Shown here in pieces: positions 1-11,483 of a DNA stretch of 64,000 nt. Source of the stretch: Microcoleus sp. (GTDB lineage: Bacteria; Cyanobacteriota; Cyanobacteriia; Cyanobacteriales; Microcoleaceae); the NCBI GenBank assembly GCA_052279835.1, contig CP181291.1:2432001-2496000 (forward strand), in the 5' to 3' direction. The notes under the pieces are model-generated. The model saw nothing but the letters and a program-made list of their open reading frames with translations. It did not search any database and was not told the origin of the DNA. The position numbers and the translations under genes are program-made. The first letter of the stretch is position 1; every line of letters begins with the position of its first letter.

Positions 1-455
1 AGTTTATTTTGTTTCCCTGTTTGGACTAATGCTAAGTCAAAACTTTGACTTTGATTTAGGGAATCAATGGAGTCGAAATAGTCGGGATAAACAGCCATTG
101 CTAGGGCCTGGCGCAATTCTAATTCATTGTTGGTTTTTTTGAGGGTGGCAAAAATTCCCGCCACCGACAAATACTGAATCATATTTTTGGCTAAATCGTC
201 GCTGAGAATGATGGTGGGTATTTGCAAAAAGTGTAAAAATTGGATAATCTGCAAATAATTATGTTCTATAAATTCAAAATCTAAAATGACTGCTTTGGGA
301 TGGTGGCACTCAGCAATATCTAAGCAATTGTACAAATCGGCTGCTGTGGCGAATACATATTCGTTTGCTTTTAGGGTTTCGTATAGTCTATTATTTTCTA
401 CCTCTAAGCTGCCACCAATCAGAATTAAAGCGATGGGGTGTGAGTAAATATTCAT
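1..455 (-). CDS. Partial ORF (runs off the left edge) with a degenerate N-terminal receiver-like domain
   Basis: Not in the ORF track. Manual translation from ATG 455 stays open to base 1: MNIYSHPIALILIGG...YNCLDIAECHHPKAVILDFE...QIPTIILSDD...ATLKK. The PxxVILD and PxIILS segments resemble REC beta3/beta4. Lies downstream of the MCP on the same strand. Confidence 0.7.
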   Translation of the reverse strand, partial: MNIYSHPIALILIGGSLEVENNRLYETLKANEYVFATAADLYNCLDIAECHHPKAVILDFEFIEHNYLQIIQFLHFLQIPTIILSDDLAKNMIQYLSVAGIFATLKKTNNELELRQALAMAVYPDYFDSIDSLNQSQSFDLALVQTGKQNK

Positions 456-578
456 GGCGGTATTTGTGTAATAATTTAATTAGATTTTTCCAAGATGTTT
501 GTATGTTAAAAGGTTCCCTGACAGTAGCTGGGAACCTCTTAAAATGCAATCCTAACTAACTACTGACTACTCATAAAA

Positions 579-2870
579 TCAATACTTGAATTGACTGACA
601 AGTTGTTGCAACTCGGTGGCGGTTTTCGACAATTCGATCGCCGAATTTTGAGTATTACTAGCACTGGCGGTCGTACTACCCGCGGCCTCGGCTACGCTGG
701 TAATATTACGGGCAATTTCCGAAGAACCGATCGCAACTTGATTGACATTTCGCGAAATTTCGGTAGTTATGGCTGTTTGTTCTTCCACTGCACTGGCGAT
801 GGTAGTTTGAAAATCGCTGATTTGGTTGATAATAGAAGTAATTTGCCCGATCGCCTGCACCGAACTCCTAGTATCAGCTTGAATAGCTTCTACTTTCTTG
901 CTGATATCTTCAGTCGCCACTGCGGTTTGTTTCGCCAACTCCTTCACCTCATTCGCCACCACCGCAAAACCTTTGCCAGCTTCTCCAGCCCGCGCCGCTT
1001 CAATCGTAGCATTGAGAGCTAATAAATTAGTCTGTTGGGCGATCGAAGTAATCACCTTGACAACATTGCCAATTTCTGCACTACTGAGACCGAGTTTAGT
1101 AATCGTTTGATTAGTCGTTTCCGCCATCTTCACCGCCGAATAAGCAACTGTCGCTGCTTCCGAAGCATTTTTAGCAATCTCCCTAATGCTAAAATTCATC
1201 TGCTCAATGCCAATAGCAACGGACTGAGTATTGGTGCTAACTAAATCCGCCGCCGCGGATACCGTAACAGCTTGAGCCGAAGTTTCTTCAGCCGCAGCCC
1301 CCATATTTTGGCTTTCGCTAATCAATTCCTCCGAAGCACTGCTAACGGCGATCGCCACTTGAGAAATCTGCTGCACTTGCTGGGTCAAATTAGCAGCCAT
1401 CAAATTAACATTATCCGTCAAATCCTTCCAAGTACCGCCGATATCGGGTACTCTCGCCTGTCCTCCCAACTGTCCCGAAACTACTTCTTGAGCCAGCTTA
1501 GTTACTTCATCTGCAAAAGTATTAAGCCGATCCACCATGGTATTCAAAGTATCTTTCAGTTTCAGAATTTCGCCCCTAGCTTCTACAGTAATTTTATAAG
1601 ATAAATCTCCCCCAGCAACCGCCGTAGAAACTTCAGCAATATTGCGAACTTGGGCCGTCAAGTGAGCAGCCATAATATTCACATTATCAGCCAAAGTCAA
1701 CCAAGTACCAGACAAACCTGCAACTTGTGCTTGACCTCCCAATTTGCCTTCAACACCAACTTCTTGAGCAACTCGCGTCACTTCTAAAGCAAACCCATCA
1801 AGTTGATCGGTCATTTTATTAATTGTATTCTTCAGCTCCAAAATTTCCCCTTGAGCTTCTACAGTAATTTTTTTAGACAAATCACCATGAGCCACAGCCG
1901 TAGTCACTTCCGCTATATTTCGCACTTGACTGGTCAGATTACTCGCCATTAAATTAACATTTTTGGTTAAATCTTTCCAGACACCAGCCACCCCGTGAAT
2001 TTGTGCTTGACCGCCGAGTTTTCCCTCGGTTCCCACTTCCCTTGCTACCCTCGTCACCTCTCTTGCGAATTCGTTGAGACTATCAACCATTTGATTGAGA
2101 GTATCTTTCAGTTGCAAAATTTCACCTTCGGCATCAACTGTAATTTTTTCAGTCAAATCACCCACGCTAATCGCAATGGCAACTTTATTAATGTTCCGCA
2201 CTTGATTAGTGAGATTTGCTGCCATCAAGTTAACGTTTTCGGTAAGTTCTTTCCAAATACCAGAAACCCCTTCTACTTTCGCTTGGGTTCCCAATTTTCC
2301 TTCGCTACCAACTTCGTGGGCGACGCGGGTCACTTCTAAGCCAAAAGCATTTAATTGGTCTACCATGTTATTGAGAGTAGTACCAATGCGACGGAATAAT
2401 CCTTTAATTGGTTTACCTTCTACTTCTAATTGGAATTTCTCCGATAAATCGCCTTTAGCGACAGCGTGCAGTACCTTTGCCATGTCTATTGTCGGTAAAA
2501 TCAAGCTGTCTAGTGTCAAGTTTACCGCATCCAAGCTGCTAACCCAAGCACCTTTAAATTCTTTAATTAGTAGTTTTTTTGGTACTTTTCCAGCTTCTGT
2601 CACCGCTTGACTGACTCGCTCTACTTCGTCTGCAAATTTTTCATTTACTGTCACCATTTCATTGAAGACTGTGGCAATTTCACCCAATCCGCGATCGGCC
2701 CGTAAGCGCACGCTAAAGTCCCCATCCCTAACTGCTGCCAGAGCGAGAATGAGTTGTTGGCGGTATTGACTATCGCTCATTAGTGGAACTTCTTTTTCTC
2801 CCAAATCGCCGCTTTCGACAGCTTCAGTGTTGGAAGATTCTAAGGGGGTTGATTGATTTTGGTTGTCCAT
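579..2870 (-). CDS. Soluble methyl-accepting chemotaxis protein with a poly-HAMP array
   Basis: MCP hairpin-tip motif [37 protein letters not shown]; five ~92-aa [19 protein letters not shown] repeats (276-bp period); no transmembrane segment. Confidence 0.93.
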   Translation of the reverse strand: MDNQNQSTPLESSNTEAVESGDLGEKEVPLMSDSQYRQQLILALAAVRDGDFSVRLRADRGLGEIATVFNEMVTVNEKFADEVERVSQAVTEAGKVPKKLLIKEFKGAWVSSLDAVNLTLDSLILPTIDMAKVLHAVAKGDLSEKFQLEVEGKPIKGLFRRIGTTLNNMVDQLNAFGLEVTRVAHEVGSEGKLGTQAKVEGVSGIWKELTENVNLMAANLTNQVRNINKVAIAISVGDLTEKITVDAEGEILQLKDTLNQMVDSLNEFAREVTRVAREVGTEGKLGGQAQIHGVAGVWKDLTKNVNLMASNLTSQVRNIAEVTTAVAHGDLSKKITVEAQGEILELKNTINKMTDQLDGFALEVTRVAQEVGVEGKLGGQAQVAGLSGTWLTLADNVNIMAAHLTAQVRNIAEVSTAVAGGDLSYKITVEARGEILKLKDTLNTMVDRLNTFADEVTKLAQEVVSGQLGGQARVPDIGGTWKDLTDNVNLMAANLTQQVQQISQVAIAVSSASEELISESQNMGAAAEETSAQAVTVSAAADLVSTNTQSVAIGIEQMNFSIREIAKNASEAATVAYSAVKMAETTNQTITKLGLSSAEIGNVVKVITSIAQQTNLLALNATIEAARAGEAGKGFAVVANEVKELAKQTAVATEDISKKVEAIQADTRSSVQAIGQITSIINQISDFQTTIASAVEEQTAITTEISRNVNQVAIGSSEIARNITSVAEAAGSTTASASNTQNSAIELSKTATELQQLVSQFKY

Positions 2871-2924
2871 GTTTTCGGTTTAGTTTCGGGAAAATTTAAT
2901 TAGGGAATATCAGATATTTACTAT

Positions 2925-3521
2925 CTATACACTGGCGATCGCCTTTAATAACAACGTGAATGAACTTACATCAAAAAATAGCATTATGTCTCCTTGAATT
3001 TGCAATTCTTCTATACTAAAATGAGCTGGAGCTAACAGGACAGTGCCGTTGTCTAAAGACTGTTCTTTTAATAACACTTCCTGAATTTCTTCCTCTGCGT
3101 AATAGGGAACTGCGTAGTCTAACGGTTGGTCTAAAACATTACTAATTGAACCCATCACACCGTTGATCACCATATTCCCCACCTCGCTGAGGGTACTAAT
3201 TTTGAGAGAATCCAGGTCTGGACTTCCTTTCTCTTCGCCAGTGAGAACAGAAACTAGATTTACCGCACTCTCTGTTGGGAAGAGTAGCTGAGCACTGCCA
3301 GAAAATGAACCGCTAAAGGCTAGCTGCACCACAGAAAGTAACTCTTTACCGAAACGTTCCTTTAATTCTCTTTGCAATTCAAGAGAGGATAAAAGTTCGA
3401 CATCAGGAATTTCTAACTGAATGGGAAATTGAATCATTTCATTCAACATTCCAGCAGCATGACCCACGCCAATATTGATCAGTTCCTTCAAAGCATCTAA
3501 TTCATCGGCTGTTAACTCCAC
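2925..3521 (-). CDS. cheC: CheC-family phosphatase
   Basis: Two CheC motifs, DALKELINIGVGHAA and STLSEVGNMVING; likely GTG start. Confidence 0.88.
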   Translation of the reverse strand: MELTADELDALKELINIGVGHAAGMLNEMIQFPIQLEIPDVELLSSLELQRELKERFGKELLSVVQLAFSGSFSGSAQLLFPTESAVNLVSVLTGEEKGSPDLDSLKISTLSEVGNMVINGVMGSISNVLDQPLDYAVPYYAEEEIQEVLLKEQSLDNGTVLLAPAHFSIEELQIQGDIMLFFDVSSFTLLLKAIASV

Positions 3522-3532
3522 TCTCCTATCTC

Positions 3533-3895
3533 CTATTTGCTACTCAGAGCTTTTTGGATTGCATCCTGAATTTCTGGAGCTTTTGGAGGCTTTTTCAGCA
3601 TCATAAAAGCTCCCAATTCTTCGCACTTTTTCCGTGCACTGTCTTGAATATCTGCTGACAGTACGATTACGGGAATTTTGATTCCTTTTTCGTCCAAGGA
3701 TTTCAGCAATGTAAAACCGTCCATTTCTGGCATTAACAAATCTGTCATGATACAGTCGGGCGAATGAGCAGCAGCCATCTCTAAGCATTCTTGTCCGTTG
3801 CCAGCTTCTATGACTTCATGTCCGCCTGCTTCCACAGCTTTCCGAATCATCCGCCGAGCAAATGCTGCATCATCTGTAATCAAAATTAAAGCCAT
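3533..3895 (-). CDS. cheY: Single-domain response regulator (CheY-like)
   Basis: ILITDD, phosphoacceptor D in TDLLMPEMDG, LSAD, KPP; 120 aa. Confidence 0.85.
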   Translation of the reverse strand: MALILITDDAAFARRMIRKAVEAGGHEVIEAGNGQECLEMAAAHSPDCIMTDLLMPEMDGFTLLKSLDEKGIKIPVIVLSADIQDSARKKCEELGAFMMLKKPPKAPEIQDAIQKALSSK

Positions 3896-3935
3896 ATTGG
3901 CGATTTCCTCCCAGTTTTTATTTTTAATTAATCAT

Positions 3936-5024
3936 TCATGCAGTACATTTGTTGAAATGTTTTGAGCAATCTAAAAGATAAGTTTTCATCTTCCCTTTAC
4001 CCTTAACATCCATTATTTCTCTAGCTGTAAACAAATGTTGTTTTGACAACAGTTTGTAGGTGTCTTCTGTCACTTGAATGCAGCCGGGAAAACTGTACTG
4101 TTCCATGCGACTTGCCGTGTTCACGGTATCACCCCAGAGGTCGTAGCTGAACTTTTTAGTACCGATGACTCCAGCCACCACAGGCCCGGAATGGATGCCA
4201 ATTCGCAGGCTATGGAATTCTTTTGTTTCGGTGTTTACCCTCGCCATCGCTTGCTGCATGGCTAGGGCTATTTGTACGATCGCATCGGCATGATCCTCGC
4301 GAGCTATTGGCAATCCCGATGCTACCATATAACCGTCGCCAATTGTCTTAATTTTTTCCAACCCGTACTCCTCAGTTAATTTATCAAATTCTGAAAAAAT
4401 AGAGTTAAGTTTGAGAATTAATTCAATAGGAGAAATTTCGGCTGCTAGCTTAGTAAAGCCTACCATATCAGCAAATAACACGCTGACATTGGGAAAGTGA
4501 TCCGCAATCACTAAGTCTGCGGTAGATTCTGCTTGTAATCGCTGAGCGATCGACTCTGGTAAAATATTCAGTAATAATTTTTCGGTCTTTTCTTGACTTT
4601 CAATCAACTGCCTGTAAAGTTGTGACTGTTGAATCAAGCGCCGTACTCGCTGGATCAAAACTGGCCAGTGAATAGGTTTAGTTACATAATCTGTTGCTCC
4701 TACTTCAAAAGCTTGATTGACAGATTTTTTGTCATCTAGTGCTGTAATCATCAACACGGGGATTTTTTGGGTTTTGGGATTTGCTTTGAGTTGAGCGCAG
4801 CAAGTAAATCCGTCCATTACAGGCATCATGGCATCTAGCAACACAATATCTGGGCAATTTGCTTGACAAATTTCCAAACATTCTATACCGTTTGATGCTT
4901 CCACCACCAGATATCCTTCTTTTTCGAGAATTTTGCGTGTAAATAGCTGCTGGGTTTCTTCGTCATCAACGATCAGAATTTGGGGTGTGGTTTGCGAGTT
5001 TGTTCTAAATTCAGCACTAATCAT
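3936..5024 (-). CDS. Receiver domain + class III adenylate cyclase
   Basis: REC (ILIVDD, LLDAMMP, VTKP); LLLNILP helix; cyclase motifs FADMVGFT, KIKTIGDGY, YDLWGDTVNTASRME (K/D residues of the ATP-specific type). Confidence 0.92.
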   Translation of the reverse strand: MISAEFRTNSQTTPQILIVDDEETQQLFTRKILEKEGYLVVEASNGIECLEICQANCPDIVLLDAMMPVMDGFTCCAQLKANPKTQKIPVLMITALDDKKSVNQAFEVGATDYVTKPIHWPVLIQRVRRLIQQSQLYRQLIESQEKTEKLLLNILPESIAQRLQAESTADLVIADHFPNVSVLFADMVGFTKLAAEISPIELILKLNSIFSEFDKLTEEYGLEKIKTIGDGYMVASGLPIAREDHADAIVQIALAMQQAMARVNTETKEFHSLRIGIHSGPVVAGVIGTKKFSYDLWGDTVNTASRMEQYSFPGCIQVTEDTYKLLSKQHLFTAREIMDVKGKGKMKTYLLDCSKHFNKCTA

Positions 5025-5273
5025 TTTAGATACAAATTAGGTGATGGTTCAGGATTGTTTATGGTCAAGCTTTATTGACCATTACCTAGTGATTAATTTG
5101 TGATTAATTGGTGATTACTTTTTACCCTATTTCTTAATTATTTTTATGATTGTACCAGATACTTGCCGATATTTCATATTTGTGAGATCGGATTTAAGAT
5201 TTGAGATTTAGTCCCGTCCTGAGTTGGCAAATCAAGGAGTCTGGGGGCGGGAGACCAAATTACTTGATTGTTG

Positions 5274-8156
5274 TCAAACATCATCGGCTATACTCCATGG
5301 TAAAGCAGCCTTTACCCGCTGATATTCAGCTTGAATTTTTGACATCAGTGCCTGACTATCGGCGATAGTTTCATTTCTGGCCATCTGTTCTAGTTGGGCG
5401 CACAATTGAAACAAAGGCATCGCTCCCACGGTGCTACAAGCACCTCGGAAAGCGTGGGCTGAGGCTTGAATTCCTGAACAATCAGCTCGACTCACTGCAT
5501 CTGCCATCGCTTGTAATTTTGGCTGTGCGCCTTCAAGAAATTTATTAACTATTTCCAGCCAGAATTCCTCGGCTTCTTCCCCCAATAAATCCTTCAATTC
5601 TTCAAAGTTTTGAGAGTCGATTGGTGGTAATTCTATTTTCGTTGTCTTTGTTACCGAAATTTCGGCAGTTGATGGTGGTACTAATGCGGGTGCTATTTCC
5701 TCTAATTCGGTGTTATCAATTGGCGGTAAAATAGGTAAGTGAAGATTTGAAGTTTCTGATAAATCAGGAATATTATTGGCTGCTAAACTTAGTGTGGATG
5801 ATGGATTATTTGCTTCTATTTGTGAAATTAAAACCCCGGCACGGGCGATGATTGTTTTTAACTCTTCAAAAGCCGATATTTCCGTAACAGGAGACATTGG
5901 AGTTTCCACGATAGTTGTCTGTGCAACATCACTTTTGGCTGCCTGATTTTCTCGCTCCACAAATTCAGTCGGCTCTACATCTGGATTTATAAAATAGGGA
6001 TTTAGTGCAGATCTATCCACAACGCGACTGTAAAGATTGAGTGCTTGAATTATCGCCTGGACTCGCACTGGTTTACTGATATAATCATTCATTCCCGCTT
6101 CCAAACAAATTTGGCGATCGCCCTGCATGGCATTAGCCGTCATGGCAATAATCCAAGGAAATGTCAATTGGGTATTTTTTGAATCGTATAATTCCCTATT
6201 TTCTGATTGTTGGCGATGATTTTTTAATATTGAATTATCGGCAAATTGCTGGCGAATCCGACGAGTAGTTTCCAGCCCATCCATCTCCGGCATTTGCATA
6301 TCCATAAATATAATATCGTATTGACAACGCCCTAAAGCATCCAGGGCTGCTTGTCCGCTGCTAGCAATATCAGGGCTGTAGCCTAACTTTTGCAACATCT
6401 GCCCTGCCACTATTTGATTAACTTCTACATCATCAACCAGCAGTATTTTTAAAGGCTGTTTTTCGGCTATTTCTAAATTGAATGGACTGGGAACGAGACA
6501 GGGTTGATTATTGCTGCATTCACCGCCCAGAATGCGGAGTAAAACCTCATGAAGTTGCCCTTGCCTAATGGGCTTATAAACAAAAGCTGCAAATTCAACT
6601 CGACCTTGAATTTCTTTGCGGGATGGTCGGCCGCCAGAACTGAGAATTGTTAAAGGCAAATTTTTACCTTTGGGGAATGTGCGAATTTGTTCTCCTAAAG
6701 TAATACCATCCATTCCTGGCATATGAAAATCTAAAATTCCTAGGTCAAATTGAGCTTCACGTTGCAGAATTCTCAGTGCTTGAGTCCCAGATTTAGCAGC
6801 GCGGACAATCATTCCCCAAGACTTAGCTTGCAGGGTGAGAATCTTGCGGTTAGTGGCATTATCATCTACTACCAACAGTCGCAAACCTGCTAGTTGAGGC
6901 TGGGGTACATCCAGGTTTAAAATTTCCTTGGGAGCCGGTGCTGACTGGGATTTTATAGTAAAATAAAATTGAGAGCCTTTCCCAATTTCACTTTCTACCC
7001 ACATCGTACCACCCATAATTTCGCTAAGACGTTTGCTGATAGCCAAACCCAAACCTGTGCCACCGTATTTCCGAGTTGTGGAACTGTCAATTTGACTGAA
7101 AGGCTTAAATAGTAAATTTAGGCGATCGGGCGGAATGCCGATCCCTGTGTCCTTGACAGTAAATTTAATTTCGTAGTTGCTATTGGGAAGTTTTTCCGCT
7201 TTCTGGCTATTAATATCGTTCTCAATAAGTTGCTGGCTGGTTACTTTAACTACCACTTCTCCAGTTTCTGTAAATTTTGTAGCATTGCCTAGTAAATTGA
7301 GCAATATTTGGCGCAGTCTGGTGACGTCTCCGCAGGCAAATGTGGGGGTATTGGCATCTAATTCACAGGCTAAATCAAGCTGTTTTGTCGCTGCTTTTAT
7401 GGCTACCAAGTCTAAAGCTTCTTCTACACAGTTTCTCAAATTAAATGGTTCTTCTTCTAAATCTAACCTGCCTGCTTCTATCTTAGAAAAGTCCAGGATG
7501 TCGTTGATGATTGCCAGCAAAGCATCGCCGCTGGTGCGAATTGTGTTGACAAAGTTGCGCTGGGTTGGAGATAATTGAGTATCTAACAGTAACTCAGTCA
7601 TGCCGATGACTCCATTCATGGGGGTGCGAATCTCGTGGCTCATCATTGCCAAAAATTCGCTTTTGGCTCGGTTGGCGGCTTCGGCTTCAATGCTGGCACG
7701 CTTTAATTCTTCTTCAATTACTAATCTGTGCTTAATTTCTTGCTGATAGGTTTGGATGCGGTGCGTCAGTTCTGAAACATCTTGAATGGCGATTAATGCG
7801 TAAAAACCTTCTCCTTGAATCGCTCGGATGGGAGTGACATTAGTATTTTGGACTCGCGGTTTGCCGTTGGGTAAATTTGATGCAATTAAGGACTGGTGAA
7901 GTTGCGGAGAAAATACAGCGGGCAACCCATTTTTGAATACTTGTTGTAATCGACTCTGATATTTAGGTTCGTCGAGTTGAGGAAAGTGGGTTTTTAAGTT
8001 GGTCCCGATGATTTCTTTTTTGAGTATTTTTGTCCACTGTTCTAAAATACGGTTCCAAAACAGCACTGAAAAATCTGGTCCGATGACACACAAACCAATG
8101 GGTAGTCGATCGAGTATGCTGAATTCTTGCTCTGCTTGTTTGATTGCTTCTAGCAT
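5274..8156 (-). CDS. Hybrid histidine kinase PAS-HisKA-HATPase-REC-REC-Hpt
   Basis: H-box [12 protein letters not shown]-box [11 protein letters not shown] boxes DTGIGI and GGTGLGL, two REC domains, C-terminal Hpt ([13 protein letters not shown]). Confidence 0.93.
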   Translation of the reverse strand: MLEAIKQAEQEFSILDRLPIGLCVIGPDFSVLFWNRILEQWTKILKKEIIGTNLKTHFPQLDEPKYQSRLQQVFKNGLPAVFSPQLHQSLIASNLPNGKPRVQNTNVTPIRAIQGEGFYALIAIQDVSELTHRIQTYQQEIKHRLVIEEELKRASIEAEAANRAKSEFLAMMSHEIRTPMNGVIGMTELLLDTQLSPTQRNFVNTIRTSGDALLAIINDILDFSKIEAGRLDLEEEPFNLRNCVEEALDLVAIKAATKQLDLACELDANTPTFACGDVTRLRQILLNLLGNATKFTETGEVVVKVTSQQLIENDINSQKAEKLPNSNYEIKFTVKDTGIGIPPDRLNLLFKPFSQIDSSTTRKYGGTGLGLAISKRLSEIMGGTMWVESEIGKGSQFYFTIKSQSAPAPKEILNLDVPQPQLAGLRLLVVDDNATNRKILTLQAKSWGMIVRAAKSGTQALRILQREAQFDLGILDFHMPGMDGITLGEQIRTFPKGKNLPLTILSSGGRPSRKEIQGRVEFAAFVYKPIRQGQLHEVLLRILGGECSNNQPCLVPSPFNLEIAEKQPLKILLVDDVEVNQIVAGQMLQKLGYSPDIASSGQAALDALGRCQYDIIFMDMQMPEMDGLETTRRIRQQFADNSILKNHRQQSENRELYDSKNTQLTFPWIIAMTANAMQGDRQICLEAGMNDYISKPVRVQAIIQALNLYSRVVDRSALNPYFINPDVEPTEFVERENQAAKSDVAQTTIVETPMSPVTEISAFEELKTIIARAGVLISQIEANNPSSTLSLAANNIPDLSETSNLHLPILPPIDNTELEEIAPALVPPSTAEISVTKTTKIELPPIDSQNFEELKDLLGEEAEEFWLEIVNKFLEGAQPKLQAMADAVSRADCSGIQASAHAFRGACSTVGAMPLFQLCAQLEQMARNETIADSQALMSKIQAEYQRVKAALPWSIADDV

Positions 8157-8448
8157 TTTTTACGTGGTTAAAATTTGACCTATAAGTCCTGTATCTGGCT
8201 GGTAACTGTATCTGGCAATCCTCGATCCCGATATTTATCTCAGCAGGGTTGACAAATACGGGGCCGGACAGGATGTGAATAATTTTTGTGGATTTGTATT
8301 AATATAGTATACTAATGAGGTCAAGTTTGCAATCCTTTAGCTCCGACTGTCAGAGTAAGAGCGATGGGACTGCACCCCGCTAAATTTTTTAAGTCTTCTA
8401 TAATTTATTATACTAAAGAATCAAATCCATGAAAAAGGAACAGGAGAA

Positions 8449-10786
8449 ATGGAAATCGATGAAGATGTAAAGGAATTCCTGATTGAAGGTTATGAATATT
8501 TGAACCAAATTGAAGGGGATTTAGTGGCTCTGGAAAAAAATGATTCCGATCCAGAGGTGATGAATCGAATTTATCGCAATCTTCACACTATTAAAGGTAA
8601 TAGTGGGTTTCTGGGAGTGGAGAATTTGGAAGCGGTGGCTCACGCTGGGGAAAATTTGCTCAGCCTGTTGCGCGATCGCACAATTGTGATGACTCCCGAT
8701 ATCACTAGCGCTTTACTGGAGACAATCGACGCAGTGCGAGAGCACTTGGAAGCGCTGGAAACGACAGGAAAAGAAAGTTTAGTCGATCGCACTCCGTTAC
8801 TGATGCGACTGGCAAAACTGCAATCATCGGGTGAGGAGTTGGATGCAAGTGCGATCGCCCCACAAGACAGCATAGTTACCCCAGAATCTGTCCCAAAATC
8901 ACAGGAAAAACAGGATGCAACAGTAGATAGTTCCTCGGTGGAATCTAGCTTGTTTGCGACTGGCAAAATGGCGATTTTGACTAATCCGAATATCCCCAAC
9001 GAACAAACACCAGTTGATACTGAGGGCGATCGATTCAAGATTGCTGACACCGCCATCCGAGTCGATGTCGGCTTGCTAGACAAAGTAATGAATTTAGTAG
9101 GCGAATTGGTTTTGTGTCGCAACCAAATCCTAGAATTTGTGAATACACAAACAGCCCACCCACAAAATGATGATACTTTAAAATCCGTATCCAGCCGCTT
9201 AAATTTAGTTACTTCCGAATTGCAACAAGAAGTAATGAAAACTAGAATGCAGCCCATTCGGACAATTTGGAACAAGTTTCCCCGCGTGGTGCGCGACACA
9301 GCATTTAGCTTGGGAAAACAAGTGAATTTAGAAATGGAAGGAGAAGAAACTGAATTAGATAAAACTTTAATTGAGGCGATGGCCAATCCGCTGACTCACT
9401 TAGTCAGAAATTCTCTGGATCACGGCATTGAAACATCAGAAGTACGCACCGCCAAAGGCAAACCCGCGATCGGGAGGCTGTTTCTGCGAGCCTATCACGA
9501 AAGTGGTCAAGTAAACATTGAAATTTCTGATGACGGCGCGGGCATCGATCCAGATCGCCTTAAACATAAAGCAGTCCAAAACGGCATCATCTCTGCCCTA
9601 GAAGCCAGCCAAATGAGCGATCGCGAGGCACTAAATTTAATTTTTCTCCCCAGTTTTTCCACAGCCGAAAAAGTAACAAACCTTTCCGGTAGGGGAGTTG
9701 GTATGGATGTGGTACTCAAAAATATTGAAAAAATTAGCGGCACTATAGATGTTTATAGTCGAGTAGGCAAAGGTACAACTTTTAAGCTAAAAGTCCCTTT
9801 GACTCTAGCTATTATTCCGACATTAATTATTACTACTGGTGGCAATAGATACGCGATTCCACAAGTCAATTTACTAGAATTGCTCCGATTAGAAGGAGAA
9901 CAAATTAAACGCATCGAAATGTTTCATGGAACTCCCGTATATCGATTGCGAGGGCGACTGCTACCTTTGGTTTATTTAAACACAGAATTAAATATAGAAC
10001 CCCCAAAATCAACGCCTAAAATATTTCAAATGCCCCTAGATGATGGTCTGAATATAGTTGTAGTTCAAGCTAATGACAAACCCTTTGGATTAGTAGTAGA
10101 TGCCATCAACGACACTCAAGAAATCGTCGTCAAGCCTCTCGGAAAACAACTAAAATATTTATCTTGTTTTGCGGGAGCAACTATTATGGGTGACGGGAAA
10201 GTTGCTTTAATTTTGGACATTCATGGTATAGCTCAAAAAACCCACTGGAGTGAAGCCCAAGAAAAAGCTATTTTAGCAGACCAAAACAACGATAAAAAAT
10301 CTTCCGAACCACCCCAACAATTGCTAGTATTTCAGGGTCCAGATTGTCGGCGAATGGCTATTCACCTATCCCAAGTATCTCGCTTGGAAGAGTTTCCTCG
10401 CCATCTTTTAGAGCGTGTTGGTAAACAGGATATGGTGCAGTACCGCAACCAAATTATGCCCGTGATTTATTTGTCGGCTGTGTTTGGTAACGACGATGAT
10501 TTACCTAATTCATCAACAAATGGTTTAGTCGATCGCTCAGACTCCGCAAATGATAAACTATCCTTGATTGTGGTGTCAGTTGATTCAGGACAGCAAGTGG
10601 CCCTGGCGTGCGATCGCATTATCGATATTGTAGAAACAGGCGATCGACATCAAAGGTGCAGCTACTCAAGCAGGAATTGCCTATTGTGCTGTGATTCAGG
10701 ATCGAGTGACTGAAATCATTGATGTCGATTCAGTAATTAGTAACAATTTATTCGGAGTGCAGCAGATGTTAGCCAGCGCCCGCTAA
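8449..10786 (+). CDS. cheA: Chemotaxis histidine kinase CheA with two CheW-like domains; +1 frameshift near 10634-10636
   Basis: Hpt LHTIKG, HLVRNSLDHG, DDGAG, SGRGVGMDVV. The called frame stops at 10713 after an unrelated tail; removing one A from 10634-10636 gives VEQAIDIKG...AVIQDRVTEIIDV...ASAR* ending at 10786. Confidence 0.9.
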
Positions 10787-10871
10787 AGCAATTCCACTCA
10801 CATCTTGCACCATCCTCAATCAGAGGTGGGAATGCCTGTTCGACAAAAAATCAAAAAAGGAATAATTCAAA

Positions 10872-11309
10872 ATGCCTGAAGCAACTCTCTTGTGTACTTT
10901 TTTCGTTGACAACTTATTTCTTGGCATAGAAGTTGAAAAAGTGCAAGAAATCACCCGTTACCAAGAGATGACACCAGTGCCCCTAGCACCAGCCGTAGTC
11001 GGCGGATTGATTAATTTAAGGGGTGAAATTGTCACGGCCATTGATTTGCGTCGCCGGTTCGATTTAAGCGATCGCCCAGGGGGAAAATTACCGCTAAATG
11101 CGATCGTGAGAACTGCTGATGAAACAGCTAGTTTATTAATCGATGATATTGGGGAAGTTTTAGAAGTAAACCAAAAAGATTTTGAAACCCCTCCTGATAC
11201 TTTTACGAGCAAATTGCGGCCGTTGATTCGAGGTGTATACAAGCTACCGAGTCAGTTGCTGCTATTTTTAGATGTAGAGAAAGTTGTGAAAATAGCAGAT
11301 AGTCAATAG
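10872..11309 (+). CDS. cheW: Chemotaxis coupling protein CheW
   Basis: VQEI, TPVPLAP, GLINLRGEIVTAIDLRRRF. Confidence 0.93.
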   Translation: MPEATLLCTFFVDNLFLGIEVEKVQEITRYQEMTPVPLAPAVVGGLINLRGEIVTAIDLRRRFDLSDRPGGKLPLNAIVRTADETASLLIDDIGEVLEVNQKDFETPPDTFTSKLRPLIRGVYKLPSQLLLFLDVEKVVKIADSQ

Positions 11310-11483
11310 CTAGAAGTTATTTGTTCCATGCAGCAACAGCCTGGGAATAGATACCTAGATGCTTTACCTCCAATTTATTGGTTATTTGTTATTAGTTACT
11401 TGTTATTCCTTGTTTCCCGCAATAGCCTGGGAATACATAGCTAGCTCCCATGCCCCATTACCCATTCCCCATTACCAATTAGT

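Noticed and set aside
5165..8236. Sigma-28-like CCGATAT elements near che genes
   Set aside because: No matching -35 elements at the right spacing; the motif also occurs inside coding sequence and is short enough to arise by chance.
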